DNA from: Octopus sinensis
Taxonomy: Eukaryota
DNA length: 64,000 bases
Reading direction: 5' to 3'
Assembly: GCF_006345805.1 (NCBI RefSeq)
Contig: NC_043005.1
Span: 8,618,001-8,682,000 of the forward strand
Shown piece by piece: positions 25,242 to 39,800 of this stretch (position 1 is its first letter; each line of letters starts with the position of its first letter). The translations under genes were made by a program, and so were the position numbers. The notes below the pieces were generated by a model. It had not been told where the DNA came from. It saw nothing but the letters and a program-made list of their open reading frames with translations, and searched no databases.

Positions 25242-26775
25242 ATATATGCATATATATTAATTATTATTAGTAGTATTTAATTGAACGCCACGCATCCATT
25301 TCCAAATAAGTTTATCTTTACCTTTTTGGTGCGACTCTACTCTATACTATTTTCGTCCTCCATCCTTCTCTCTTTCCTTTTTTCTCCCCCTTCCCCTTTC
25401 ACCGTTTTCTCTCTGTATCTCTCTCCCCCTCTTCCTCGTTTTTTTCTCTCTCGTTGCTCACACGTAACCATCGTCCATCTTCCCTTTCCTCACAGAACTC
25501 TCGAATCTGCCACTTGTCTTTCAGCAAAGGTATTACTTTTAGAGGATGTCTAATAGAGGAAGAAATTGACTAAGTTTGAAACATATAGTTTCGGGAGTAG
25601 ATTAGAATACTTGTAGAAGGCAATACAGCGTGAGTGAGAGAGAGCAAAAGTGTAAATGAGACACGTTGTTTTATAGAGAGAGAGAAAAAAAAAGAAAATA
25701 TATGGGAATATAGAGAACGAGTAAAGAGAATTCAAAAGAAAGATAAGTTGAAGAAAATATGATTAGAAATATAGTGTAGACGCAGGAGACATTAGAAGAC
25801 ATAAAGACAAAAAGGAAGTTGTGATATATGGAGTTGTTTGTGTGGGTGTTGATGGCGATGTTGATATCTTAGTTATGGTGGTGAGAGAAAGATGAAGAGC
25901 AGAAGATGCAGAGGATGTTGTAGGGTTATTGAAAATATTTGGTAATGTTTCTACTTGCTCTCATCTAAAGAACTGTAGCTTCCGACAGTTCCTTTGTCAA
26001 AGTGTTGTGTTCTTTTTGTTATTTTTGGAGGTGTTGTAGGTGTTATTTTTATATTGTTTATTTGTTTGTTGTAATCATGACTCGAAATGTGCAATGCTGC
26101 ATCGTCAGGCTTCTTTGCGTGAATTTTGTTCTTAATATTGTTCTCGGAGAGTATTTTCTTTAACGCGTGCGTTCGTGTGTTTATGTGTGTTGGTATGAGT
26201 GTGTGTATGTGTGCGAAAGTGTGCATGTGTGTATGTGTGTGTGTGTTTGTGTGCGCGCGTGCGTTTGTGCTGTTATATTTGTTATTGAACATGTTGTTCC
26301 TCTGATTATGAAGCTCTGGTTTGAAATCTGTTTGGTAAAATCAGTCCTTTTTAACCTGAGAATCTGTTGTTTTTGTTGTTGGAATCAAGAGATATTGAGG
26401 TCTAACAGCGTGTGATATTCCAATTTTATTTAGTATCGTTTGATCTTGTGCTGTGTAGTGTCTCGTACAGTGGAATTCTGTTGCAAAAGTAATATAGAGG
26501 ATATGTTGTATAGTCATATATACAATGACAAGAACTTGTTATTGCTGTCGTTGATGGTTAACCCATGGGAGCGCCAATCAACCAAACATGTGGTGAAGCG
26601 TATTCTAGCAGTGACAAACCCCGTCTTTACAGACATAACCTATTTTATGCAACATTAACCAATATTTCTCTTTCAGTTTCCTGAAAAGGTGTAGGGTTTC
26701 ATGTGAAAAATTTCCTATCTGTCGCAATCCATACGGAAACCTTAAAGCTGTTACACTATGTGGATTCTATTGAGT

Positions 26776-27159
26776 GTGGAGGCGCAATGGCCCAGGGGTT
26801 AGGGCAGCGGACTCGCGGTCATAGGATTGCGTTTTCGATTCCCAGACCGGGCGTTGTGAGTATTTATTGAGCGAAAACACCTAAAAGCTCCACGAGGCTC
26901 CGGCACGGGATGGTGGTGATCCCTGCTGTACTCTTTCACCACAACTTTCTCTCACTCTTACTTCCTGTTTCTGTTGTACCTGTATTTCAAGGGGCCGGCC
27001 TTGTCACTCTCTGTGTCACGCTGAATATCCCCGAGAACTACGTTAAGGGTGCTCGTGTCTGTGGAGTGCTCAGCCACTTACACGTTAATTTCACGAGCAG
27101 GCTGTTCCGTTGATTCGGATCAACCGGAACCCTCATCGTCGTAGCCGACGGAGTGCTTC
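26776..27159 (+). mobile_element. SINE family A, full length
   Basis: Homologue of 23478-23847; imperfect TSD ggatt(c/a)tattg. Confidence 0.9.
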
Positions 27160-27690
27160 GAGGATTATATTGTTAACTTGCTCTAGAGAATCACTATCAG
27201 ATGTGTTTCATGGGGGATTATCCAGTCTTTTTAACAGCAGCTACGTTTAAATTATCCACTGCATCCATTCAAGATATAGGAGGATATTATGGAGGAGATT
27301 TGGTAGTTATTTCTAGCTGGTTAACTGACTGCATTGAATCTCCGTGGTTGGTTCGTAAATTGCAGTCTTATTATTTTCACATTTTACCGTTCGAGTTAAT
27401 GCTCGTAGGGAGAGAATGAAACCAAATTGGTTAAGGAAGTAAGTACTAGTCAGAAAGGTTAACGTGGACGAAATGAAGTGAACGTAATACATCTCTAGTA
27501 AGCTGTAGTGAGAAGCTGGAATCAATGACTGTAACCACAGGCTTTTTGATCGAATTTAAGCCGCAAACTTTTGTCGTTAATTTTGCGAGAAATATATATT
27601 AACTTATTTTCATTGATTCCTTTGAAAAGAAAAAATACAAAAAGAATTAAAACAAAAAAAGATACAGGAATGAAAATAACGCACGCAATT

Positions 27691-28083
27691 TACTCTTTAC
27701 CCTTTTACTTGTTTCAGTCATTTGACTGTGGCCATGCTGGAGCACCGCCTTTAGTCGAGCAAATCGACCCCAAGACTTATTCTTTGTAAGCCTAGTACTT
27801 ATTCTATCGGACTCTTTTGCCGAACCGCTAGTTACGGCGACACACCAGCATCGGTTGTCAAGCGATGTTGGGGGACAAATACAGACACACAAACACACAC
27901 ACACACGCATATATATACATATATACGACGGGCTTCTTTCAGTTTCCGTCAACCAAATCCGCTCACAAGGCTTTGGTCGGCCTGTAGTAGAAGGTAATTG
28001 CCCAAGATGCCACGCAGTGGGACTGAAACCGGAGCCATGTGGTTGGTAAGCAAGCTACTTACCACTCAGCCACTCCTAGGCCT
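27691..28083 (-). mobile_element. SINE family B
   Basis: Homologue of 2644-3130. Confidence 0.87.
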
Positions 28084-28569
28084 ACTTATTGATTTTAAAC
28101 GCATGCTATGTATTGATTTTCACATACACATATATAGACACACAAGCACAAACAGAAACTCACATCCATGAGCGAGCGCGCATACACACATATACACATA
28201 CGCACACACAGACATGACTGCACGTTCACAGTCGAGCCACACACGCACGCACATATACGCCAAATTACAGGGCAAGGAGAGGGCAGCGGCTCTTGATACT
28301 AAACTAATCTGTGACCATCAGGGTAAGAGCTTTCAGGTGATTGTCTCACGAAACTTGATCTACACGGCTGTTTTCACATGGTGGCGTCTGTAAAATAACT
28401 TATGCTATAGGAATTTAACTTTGTAATGCCCAATCAACTGTTTCTCTTGTCACAATAATCAAAACAATTTATTACCAATATTGTGCTTTTTTATTCTTAA
28501 TAATATTGATGATTTCCGGTTTTTGCTCATGGCGGGTAATTTCGAGAGAAAAGGCTTCCTTAATAGCAT

Positions 28570-29210
<641 letters not shown>

Positions 29211-29270
29211 CTTAATAATGATATAATATTAAAGCTCCGCGCTGAATAACAACATGGACGTGGTACACCG

Positions 29271-29747
29271 GGCTCTCCATACAAAAAAAACAAAACCAAA
29301 AAAAAACAAATCTAATCTAATAATATCGGTGGAATGGTAAAAAGGAACCTGAAGAAGACTTGAAGGAAGCGGCCTTTTAACGAAATTTTACTGCCACACA
29401 AAGCAGAGTTTCTCCTATGCACGATGCCTCAGTTAAACATGTGCAAAGGACGCGTACGAAATAAACATCGGAAAGTTTACAAATTATAAAATACAAGTGG
29501 AACAAAAGAAGTGAGTACGTAAGTTGATTAATTTACGCATACACTGTAATGCCTACACAATCATATATATATATATATATATATATACCCATAACACTAC
29601 ATATACACACCAATGCTTCCACAACTACTCAACTACGTGAAATTTATAGGACACATATACACTCATATGAAAGTACGTAACACAAACGAAGCAAAACAAT
29701 AACAAATCAGATATTATTAGATTAGATTTGTTTTTGTATGGAGAGTC
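29271..29747. mobile_element. Inverted-repeat-bounded element
   Basis: ctctccatacaaaa..caaatctaatctaataatat mirrored by atattattagattagatttgtttttgtatggagag. Confidence 0.5.
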
Positions 29748-30179
29748 AAAAGTATTGAAAAGGTTGCAAAACGCATCGAAAATTTTAGGAAAATAAAAAT
29801 AAGAAAAAAAGTGGTAATTTTACCGGGGAGTGTGTTACATTATAAGGCACAAAAAGAAAATGACTCTCTCCAGAAACAACAGAATATACTTCAACACACG
29901 AACTCATATACATAATCTTGCCAACCAAATCCAAAAACGAAAAGTAACAAATCAATTTTCTTCAGTCTAACAGAGTGAACAATTCATAAGTTTAAAAACA
30001 CCGCAAAAACTATTCCCGGAGATAGATATATATAAAGAAAATACCCACGAATACAGATCTGTTAGCCTTAAGAAGCTACGCTACGAGCTGTTTCCATTTA
30101 TAGAAATCGGAGGCGGTGTTGTCTCAAAAAGTTAACCCTAAACAGACAGATTCGTCCCCTAATGTCAAAGTCCAAGCTC

Positions 30180-31380
30180 GACATGCTTCAATGATAACAA
30201 AGCAAAATACACACCGAATCCGCCGTCATCCAGGTCAACAAGGACTGCGCACTCCAGTGAGGAACCAGACTGGGTGCGATAAGTCAGCAACTGGTTCAAA
30301 TCTTCCTGAAACACAGGAGCTGGATGTACGCCACAACCGAAATATTCCAACAGATGGCCATCCACGCGCGTCATCAAATAATCAAAAGAAAAAGAATGAC
30401 AAATGGTCAAGGGAAGATAATACAGACGTTGTGTCCTGCCATGAATTTCCACATAAATAAATCTAATACTAAACGAACCTACCTAAATTGGAGCGAGATG
30501 CACCTTGAAGTAAGATATGATCGTACATAGATAGTAACAAACTTGCCAACGTCAGAAGAAATATTATTAAAGAGAAATTGCCTACTGAATTAGAGATTGA
30601 CCAAATTAAGCAATCGGTAAGGGATAAAAGGAACGAAGTTACAGCTAAAGAAAATACTAATGAGGAAATAATTATATCCCAACCCAGGTATGATGAGAGT
30701 GCAGTGATAATAGAAACAGTAAATGTAACAGGTAAACAAAGTGAATTACTCTCTGAACCAACCATAAACACCGTGACAGATGAAAATAGATGAAGAAAGT
30801 CACACAGAAATTGACCAAACTGAACTGGATGTTCTAAAAAGTCAAATCATGATTGAATAGCTGAAAATTAAGGAAACCCGTATGAATGAACGTGACATTC
30901 TCTCAAAAATCTACAACTCTAACAATAAAAACCTGAAAGTAATTGGATATCATCTGCTAATGAGGTTGATATTATAGATCTCAATCAAATGTACTATATA
31001 TCCGCGAGGATCTCAACAATTCTGTCGTGAAAATATTAGAAAATGACAACATTCCCTAAAAAAACCTATTTGGCACGGGCGTATTCAATACGAAATTCAA
31101 TTACTTACTGACATAGACTGTTTAAATAAACTTAAGTTTCTGACCAGAATATCAAACTAACAAAAATCAATCAAAAGGTATCTGCTAAAGCTGCCCCCAT
31201 AGCACAGTATGAACAGTGTTATATTCTTTAAAGAAAAGAACAAGTTGAAAAATAACCCAAAATATTTTTAGAGGAAGATAGGGAAAATACCAGTTACTCT
31301 AAAGTCTGTCTCATCAAAATAAGAAGTACAAAAATTTTGGAATAAAACTTGGTCAGAAGAAAAAACACAATAAAAAGACC
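30180..31380 (+). pseudogene. Degenerate 5' part of a Dong/R4-clade LINE ORF
   Basis: KWSREDNTDVVSC, YIDSNKLANVRRNII..LPTELEIDQIK and FWNKTWSEEK resemble the R4/Dong N-terminal region; truncated before the RT core. Confidence 0.65.
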
Positions 31381-31386
31381 CCTAAA

Positions 31387-31858
31387 AGCGACAGCTTTAG
31401 TCTTATATTTATAGACTGCCATATTACTATGGCGATAACTATTAATATCCAGTAACGCTGCCGTAATCTCCTTTGGAGAAACTTAGTAATTTTAATATTT
31501 CTTTTATTGAAAACAAGTGGATGTATTCCACTGTAACTAGGTAAATAAAATCTTCGAACAGACGGTCAGTAGCGACACCTGCTGGTTCTGACTACGCTGC
31601 ATTGATAAAGGGCAACAACCCTGAAACATGTCTGCAGATGTCTGACTAGTAAGGTGAAGCGGCTGACCTCTCGAAGGTTATAATGGACGCAGGTTCGTGT
31701 GTCATATAGCTAGCTAGAGGCGGTGGCCTCTTGGAGCTAATCAGCGACAGCTTTAGTCTTATATTTATAGACTACCATATTAGTATGGCGATAACTATTA
31801 ATATCCAGTAACGCTGCCGTAATCTCCTTTAGAGAGACTTAGTAATTTTAATATTTCT
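31387..31858 (+). mobile_element. 356-bp-period partial tandem (1.3-mer) with 116-bp direct repeats and an internal hammerhead; retrozyme/PLE-like
   Basis: 31387-31502 and 31743-31858 differ at 4 of 116 positions. Confidence 0.7.
31597..31637 (+). ncRNA. Minimal type-I hammerhead ribozyme with U3:A8 covariant core and GUC cleavage triplet
   Basis: ctgca-TTGATAA-aggg(caacaa)ccct-GAAA-CATGT-C-tgcag; ACAUGU palindrome. Confidence 0.7.
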
Positions 31859-32459
31859 ATTAATAAATTATAATAATAATGATAATAATGATGATGATGA
31901 CCATGATCATGATAATAATAATATTAATAATGATAATAGGAGATTATTTTCAACTTCATTTCACTAACATTTCACGCAGTCATTCATTCTTCAAATGGAA
32001 TATTTGATGCCTTATTTGAAGTGCCTTTCATGTCATCTTGGCTGAACCAAATTATGAAAGATGTAGAAATATCGCAGTGTGTGGCAAAATTAAGAAGACT
32101 GCGGTCTATATTATTCTCTTTTTCACTTTCCTTTTAAATGACATTCTCACGCTGGGTTTGAACGCGGATAAAGCATAAATATACATACAACAAACTTACA
32201 TACACAAACATAAAATGTATATACATACAGACATATATGCATACATACATACTTACATACACGCATATATACATATACATGCATACATACATACATACAC
32301 ACATATACATATATGTATACATGTATTTATATTATTCTTTATATCTCTCGCTTTATCTCTTTGTCACTCTACACACGCGCGCACACACATTTGTTTTAGA
32401 TAATATTATACTCACAGAGAGACCCGGCGTTGCTCGAGATTAAATTGGCATAGTATCGT

Positions 32460-32730
32460 ATTGTTTTACTTGTTTCAGTCATGTCACTGCGGCCATGCTG
32501 TCACACCGCCTTTAGTCGAACATATTGACCCCAGGATTTATTCGTTGTAAGCCTTGTACTTATTACATCGGTGGCTTTTGCCGAACTGCTAGGTTACAGC
32601 ATCGTAAACACAGCAACATCGGTTGTCAAGCGATGGGGGTGGGTACAAACACAAACACACAAATATACGACAGGCTTCTTTCGGTTTCTTTCTGCCAAAT
32701 CCACTGACTAGGCTTTGGCCTGCCTTAGGG
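32460..32730 (-). mobile_element. SINE family B, lacking head
   Basis: Homologous 3' two-thirds. Confidence 0.75.
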
Positions 32731-34051
32731 TATAGTACATATATATATATATATATATACATACATACCTAAATATGTAAATATATATACATATATACAA
32801 AGATATGCATATATACATACATACATATATATAGAGAGAGATAGATATATATATTGACACACATACATGTATGTATATACTAGTGTACAATGTTGTGGTT
32901 TTATAATCACGTGTGTATGTGTGTGTGCGTGCATGTGTGTTCATATACACGGCCGTGTAATTTCAAGCATTCATAGACAAACAACATCTTGAAGAAATAA
33001 GACGTGACATGTCTCAAAAGTGGACTAAATTGTAAATACTTTTAATTTTCTAGTAACTATATTTCTTTAACCGAACGATTTGTTTCGAGAGTTAATCAAT
33101 TTATCACATATAGTCATATTGAATTTCAGCCGGAGTACCCAACATTTGAAAAGTAATATAGTTTCTTAGCCATTCTTTTTTTTGTAGGTGTTTTCACTAA
33201 CTCGGCTACCTTTACAAATGATGTACTTTGATTGGCCGCATGCCTTAAAATCTCTTCCCCTTTTTGGAAAATTTGTATTTATTTCGAAATCTTTCGTTTC
33301 ATACAATTGTGTTTAAAATGGCCAAGTTTCATAACAATGCACAATTGGGTAATATTATGTCATACATGATGCATGTGTAATTACGTTTTGTGAATCCATT
33401 CTTATTTGTTCACTTATTTGTACACAAACAGGACACGGACATATACACACACATATATGCATACGCTCAAATACATACATATCAGTGAATATAAATATTT
33501 ATGTAAGTATATTGCATAAAGGCCGAAGGGTATCACTGATAAAGAAAGAAAAATGTGAAAGAGGAATGTGTGGATCACAGATATGCGCGTATCTCTTCAC
33601 GTGACCCTATATATATATCGATAAATCAAATCAAGACGGAGGTCAGTACAAATTGCTAAAATATATCGCAAGTAGAAACTCTCTATCCGAATGCATGTAT
33701 ACATATACACAGAGAAATATGTATGCATATGTGTATGTGTGTGTCTAGGTTTGTATGTATGTATGCATACGTGGAGAATCTATAAGTGATAATCTATAAG
33801 TTTGGAGGTACACACGAGAAATTGAACTAAACAGTCAAAGAAGATTATAGATGTACAGTCAGATAGCGTTTACACCTAATAACAAATCATATATGGATGC
33901 CTTTATCTACGCATCTATACACGCACGCCCACACAAATATAGTACCCAAACACGCCTATATATGCATATATATATACAGTACATATATATGTATATATGG
34001 ATATATATATGTATATTCATATATATATATGTATATATATATATACATATA

Positions 34052-34101
<50 letters not shown>

Positions 34102-34653
34102 TTATATGTGTGTGTATGTGTACATACCTATATGTATATAGACGCATGTACATTATATATATATATATATATATAATATATATATATATATACACACGCA
34201 TGTGTGTGTGTGTGTATGTATGAATGCACTTCCATGTGTACCTGTGCATTCATATATATTATATGTACAAACAGATACAGTTACGCATCCGCTCACGAAC
34301 AATTGCGTACATATTTATACATACTCTCCTACATTTTCCATGTGTTTGTATTTCTGAATGAGTGTGTGCGAGATATGTGTACACATTTCTACGTATAAAC
34401 ACACACACACACTCACGCAACATACACTGGAGGAACTCTGACATTCAAATGTCACTACATAGGAAATAGGTTCTTTTCTTTTCTTAGTTCTTCTTGTTGT
34501 TGTTCTGATTGTTCTGCTTCTTCTTTAATATAGAAGGTCCCCCCCACCCCTTTCACATCCGCATCCAGTTTTCCATAAACCAGTTATATATCGCCATTCA
34601 CTTAGTGATACATATATACACACATTTATACATACACACATAAATAACACACA

Positions 34654-34702
<49 letters not shown>

Positions 34703-34767
34703 GTGTGTATATATATATGTATATATATATATGTGTATATATATATGTATGTATATATGTGTATATA

Positions 34768-34807
<40 letters not shown>

Positions 34808-34862
34808 TATATGCATATAGGTATATATATACATACATGTATATATATATATGTATATATAT

Positions 34863-34906
<44 letters not shown>

Positions 34907-35020
34907 ATATATTATATGTATATACGTATATATATATAGATATATATATATATATATATTCTATATATATATATATATATATATATACATTTATATGTAT
35001 ATATATTTCTATATATATAT

Positions 35021-35072
<52 letters not shown>

Positions 35073-35563
35073 ATATATGTATGTATGTATGTATGTATAA
35101 GATGTACGTATGTACGTATTCACGCTAAAGTCTATAGAATCGCCAAGTTCTCCATCTCCGCTTTGAAAAGCTGCTTAAACACCTACTCGTTGTTATTACG
35201 AAGTTACAATTCATTGCAGAAGACTGGTCCTTTCGTCTATTGTTAGCACTGCTTTCCGGAGTAACGTTTCCGATATTCCTTTCCTTCTGAACTGTCTTTT
35301 TGCAGCCTTCCACATATTACTCTTCTCTCTATCCGTCTTCTATACTCGCTATATATTGGGCTAAATCTAATTTTGTTCACACAAGAACTGACGTGCACAC
35401 ATATTGAGAAACATGCATGCATATGTGTATGTTTATACATGCATGTATATATATAATATATATGTATAATGAATCATTTCAGTAAGTCTTCTTGGCAATG
35501 GCTTTTCTCGTGTAACCAGGGTGCAGCTATGATATATATATACATATATATATATAATATATA

Positions 35564-35604
<41 letters not shown>

Positions 35605-36540
35605 TATATGTATGTATATATATATGTATATATATATAGGTATGTATATATATGTATATACATACACACATATATATATATATACATACATGTATATATA
35701 TATATTTATACATATATATATTTTCATATATATATATTTATGTATAACACACGCACTCGCACGCTCGCCGCTTGCGCGCGCACGTGCATGCACTTCCCCG
35801 CACACAGATACGATTGAATGAACAAATGAAAGTATCACTCAACTGATTGTAAGGATGTATATAATTTTGATAACATAGGAACATGCAAGTCAACCTAGTT
35901 CAATATAGTGGTCCTCTTCTCTTTAATGTCAAAAATCTTACCCCTCAAATCATCAGACGTTGGTAATCATGTCGCTAAAATTAGGGATCTCGATATCAGT
36001 TTCATCATAACGCTAGAAAATCAATTCTGGTTCATGAGCATTTCTATTCGGGAAAGGGGGAAGGCCACCTTCTGTTCGATTTATCGATGAGAAACACAAC
36101 GGGACTGATGTCACTGACCCTTACGTATCAAACATCGCGCGCTAATATAGAGAGTTATACACACCTAAACAGCCTCGAAAGCAAAACACAACGCGTTTCT
36201 AACAAAACCCTTATAACTGTTGACTGGGCAGATTCTGCATCTCCAAGGTCATAGTTTATAGAGCCAACTTCACATCAATGGATAAAATTACAAGACACTT
36301 CACGAGCATGAGAGCTGATAATTTTAATGGAATGTATTCATAGCACATGAACTCCACCACAACCAGTTATAAAGGAAACTACACTTCCCTGTCTCACTTT
36401 ATCTCAAGACTGCCTGACCACCAAATGACTTCCTCTACATCAAATGGATTATCCTACATCAAATGGATTATCATTCAGGTCACTGCCTGGAATCGAACTC
36501 GGAATCTTGGGGTTAGTAGCCCGCGCTCTTAACCCACGGG

Positions 36541-36830
36541 CATATAGCATAGTGGTTAAGAGCGCGGGCTACTAACTCCAAGATGCTGAGTTCGATTCCA
36601 GGCAGTGACCTGAATGATAATAATAATAATACTAATAATAATAAAAATAATAATGATAATAGCAACAACAACATTGAAAAATACATTAGGAATGAGAACC
36701 CAGGTTCGAAATTTCCTTAAGACATCTGATGAAGGCTGGAGAGCATATCAGCCGAAACGTTGTGTCAACAACAAACAAGATGAGGACAAATAACCGTCAA
36801 TTGCAAATAATGTAAATAATGTATACTGTT
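36541..36830 (+). mobile_element. tRNA-headed element with (AAT)n linker and 3' hammerhead; inverted copy of the head at 36467-36534
   Basis: A-box-like tagtggttaag, B-box-like gagttcgattcc, second ggttcgaaat motif, then the hammerhead. Confidence 0.7.
36721..36766 (+). ncRNA. Minimal type-I hammerhead ribozyme, canonical core
   Basis: gacat-CTGATGA-a-ggctg(gagagcatat)cagcc-GAAA-CGT-T-gtgtc. Confidence 0.8.
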
Positions 36831-39800
36831 AGTATCAGATATACGCCCTGCTAATGAACAAGTCACGTGTAGCTGTCAGCCTAGATATACCAACCTAGAC
36901 CTAACTGTTCCCCACACAGAGGCTGGGTACTTAATAATTACCACTCGTATAGATTACAGTCTGTCCATTTCGATCATGAAATCTCAGTTGTAATTCAACA
37001 TCTCAAATTTCGTTATACCATAAAAACTGCTGCCGCTGATAAATTTTTACTTCGACGAAAGGCGACTGGGCTATAAACTCGTATCAACATCCTACGCAAC
37101 AATGTCCAAATATCAAATAGAAAGAACTGATATCAACCGTAGCCGCGAGCCAAAATGGTGCCAGCGCATTGACAAAGTGATGTATGAACACGTGGGGTTA
37201 AAAGTAAAGAAAATATACAGTGTCGCATTTATACCAAGTTCTTACGAAGAGCAAAATGCAAGACTGCTGTCAAAGTGATACTTTGCGATATCACATTCAA
37301 TATGAGTAAAGAAAATATAATTGAGAAGTGAATTAAAATAGAAATGTAAAGTCGAAAATTAAAAAATTAGAACGGACGACAAGTATGAGAAGCTTCTATG
37401 TGTATGAGTAATCATCCAATTAAAAGTGGTAATATAATTTTCAACAGAAGTACAAATTTAATTAACTTTAATAAAATAGTGGATTCGTATAATTTGTCGG
37501 ATGTGCATCAAAATGAATTAAAATAAATTGAGGATAATTAAATCTAAGTTTGCATCATAAAATTGATGTGTTCAACCTGAGAAACTACCCATTTCAAAAA
37601 ACTAGGTTTATGATTTGGAATTGCGTTGATTCTCCGATATATGATTACACTGCAGGAACAACAGGGTGGAGAAAATAGTAATTCTTGTTACTTGATATAT
37701 ATTTAATTTGACAAAAATGAACTTTATGTTCTCAGATAAAAAGGAATATAATAAATTTACCATATTGTAATGTTTTATAATCCGCTTTACGCAAAGAGTG
37801 CTTATTAAATATTGAATATTTAGAGGGCAGAGCGAATTTTTTAAAGGAACCTTATCACTTTCCTAAGAAAGAGAACTGAAAAGGATTTTTACTGTTATCA
37901 TAAGATTTTCGAAAAATATAATTTGATAGTTTACATTTCGTTTTTGTGGACTTGAAATTCCGCAACAACAGGCAAGTGAGTTTTTCTCGTTTTTATGGTT
38001 TAATTTGTTAAAGTGCGCTAAAAAAAAGACTAACCATAATCCTAACCTTATATATCAAACAAAGTTTGTAAGTGTGTGTATGTGTGTGCGTCTGTGTGTG
38101 GTGTGTATGTTCCTTAGAGATTCGGAAACTGAGTTCCGATTTTGACTTATAAGGTATCAAAATGTTCAATAATGAAGTATGTATTTTGCACAACTATTTT
38201 TTACTACAAAATAACCTCAAAAACGAGGTCATGTTGCACGATTTTAAGGTAATTTTCGGGCAATATTTGAATTTGCTTCTTATCTAGGATGCCAATTTTA
38301 ATACTTCTGGTGTCAAAAAATCAGTAATGTACAATGCGTGTTATGAGTGTATTTGTGACGCACAAAACCCTATTTGTCAACGGAAAATGAACAAAAAGTA
38401 TGCATTTTCGGAAAAATCATTGGCATATTTTCCGTCAATAATGGCCTTTGTGCCACAATTAAATTGCCACTGTGAATGTCGTTAGTATTCCATGATTAAA
38501 CAATGCTTTTGAAGTACTGTGATACCATTTCTTTGCACAAAACCCTATTTTTCAACAGAAAATTGACTAAAGAACCGTGTTCTGGAATAATAGTGATCAG
38601 GTTTGGCATTACTACAGAAAAAAATGTCCATGTAGATTTTACTTATGGCAAACAGCTCAGGATACTAAAGGCGTTCTCAGGTTTAATTTAAATGAAATTT
38701 CCACAAGGATTAAGCACAGTAAGAGGCTATTTTCGTTTAAGTGTGATAAAGACGTGACGCAATGACTAAAGCCATTCAAGCTATTTTTGCCCTTAACATT
38801 TTTCTCTTCATTCAACCCAATTTATTCAAATTTGCTAATCATTATTAGTATATATTCATGCCTATCATTTATTCTATAAGCCACAAAGTTCGTAATGACT
38901 TTGTTACGACCTCCCTATTTCTTAGTGGTTGAGCGTGTACTATAAAGCGGGTGGTGCGATTTAAAACAAATGTCTGACCTGATAACCTCAGTGATGATAA
39001 CACCGCGCATCTATGTGACGGAAAATTAAAATCACACACACACATGAGTCCGCTCACTGTGCGAGCCCCTTCATTGGTCGGGATGCACACCTTGTTCACT
39101 GACTGGTACAGTTTCAAATCAAATTTTCCTTATCAGAGACATGTACAGTAATACCATTTGGTCGTGGTGTTACTGCGATCAACGACACGGGCAACGCCGG
39201 AGTGCATTGTGTGTAATGTGTACGTTCCGTTTGCACTAGAAAATTGAATGTATATATATATATATATATATATATAGCGATGCCAGTGTGCATTGCTAGT
39301 CTTATATATAAAGGGAATTTGCGAGGGTGTCTTTGTAATACAATAAGCAATTTCTTTTACTTTAAAATTTCCTTTAAGCCCTCAGTTAATGCTGTTGATA
39401 TGAGTTATAGGTATTTGAGAATTAACAATATTTTGCTTCGGCGATTTAAATAATTTAGTCTGCGAACTGGGAATCTTCTTGTATTTGTGTTATGAAGAGT
39501 ATATTTTAGTAGGTGTTTGAAAAAGGGTGTCGTACCTTGTAAATAAAAAAAGGCCCTATTTCACTTCATATGTCTGATTCTACGTTTAGTAATTGTTAAA
39601 ATAGTGTTTTATTTATATTATACGTTTTCTGTATAGACGCTTGGATGATAGTGATAATCGTATTACTTGTTGACAGCTCGCTTATTCAAAGATAAACTAG
39701 ATCGTCTTAGGGAAGCATTCAAAACTAAATACGTGTAATTCTATAAAGAGGATTGGATAATTTGGGAAAATAAATATTTTGATTTTGCTTTTATAACACG

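Noticed and set aside
29349-29395. CTGAAGA...GAAA hammerhead candidate
   Set aside because: No helix I adjacent to the core and no palindromic helix III/UH geometry
30116-30793. ORFs as host genes
   Set aside because: They are pieces of a frameshifted Dong/R4 LINE ORF
36541-36612. Functional tRNA gene
   Set aside because: Acceptor and T stems do not pair properly and the apparent ACT anticodon is atypical; better explained as a SINE head
38040-38700. DINE-1/HINE-like element
   Set aside because: Only a vague resemblance at the 5' end; boundaries could not be defined
38941-38946. TATA box and nearby CCAAT-like motif
   Set aside because: No linked exon or long ORF; short motifs are expected by chance
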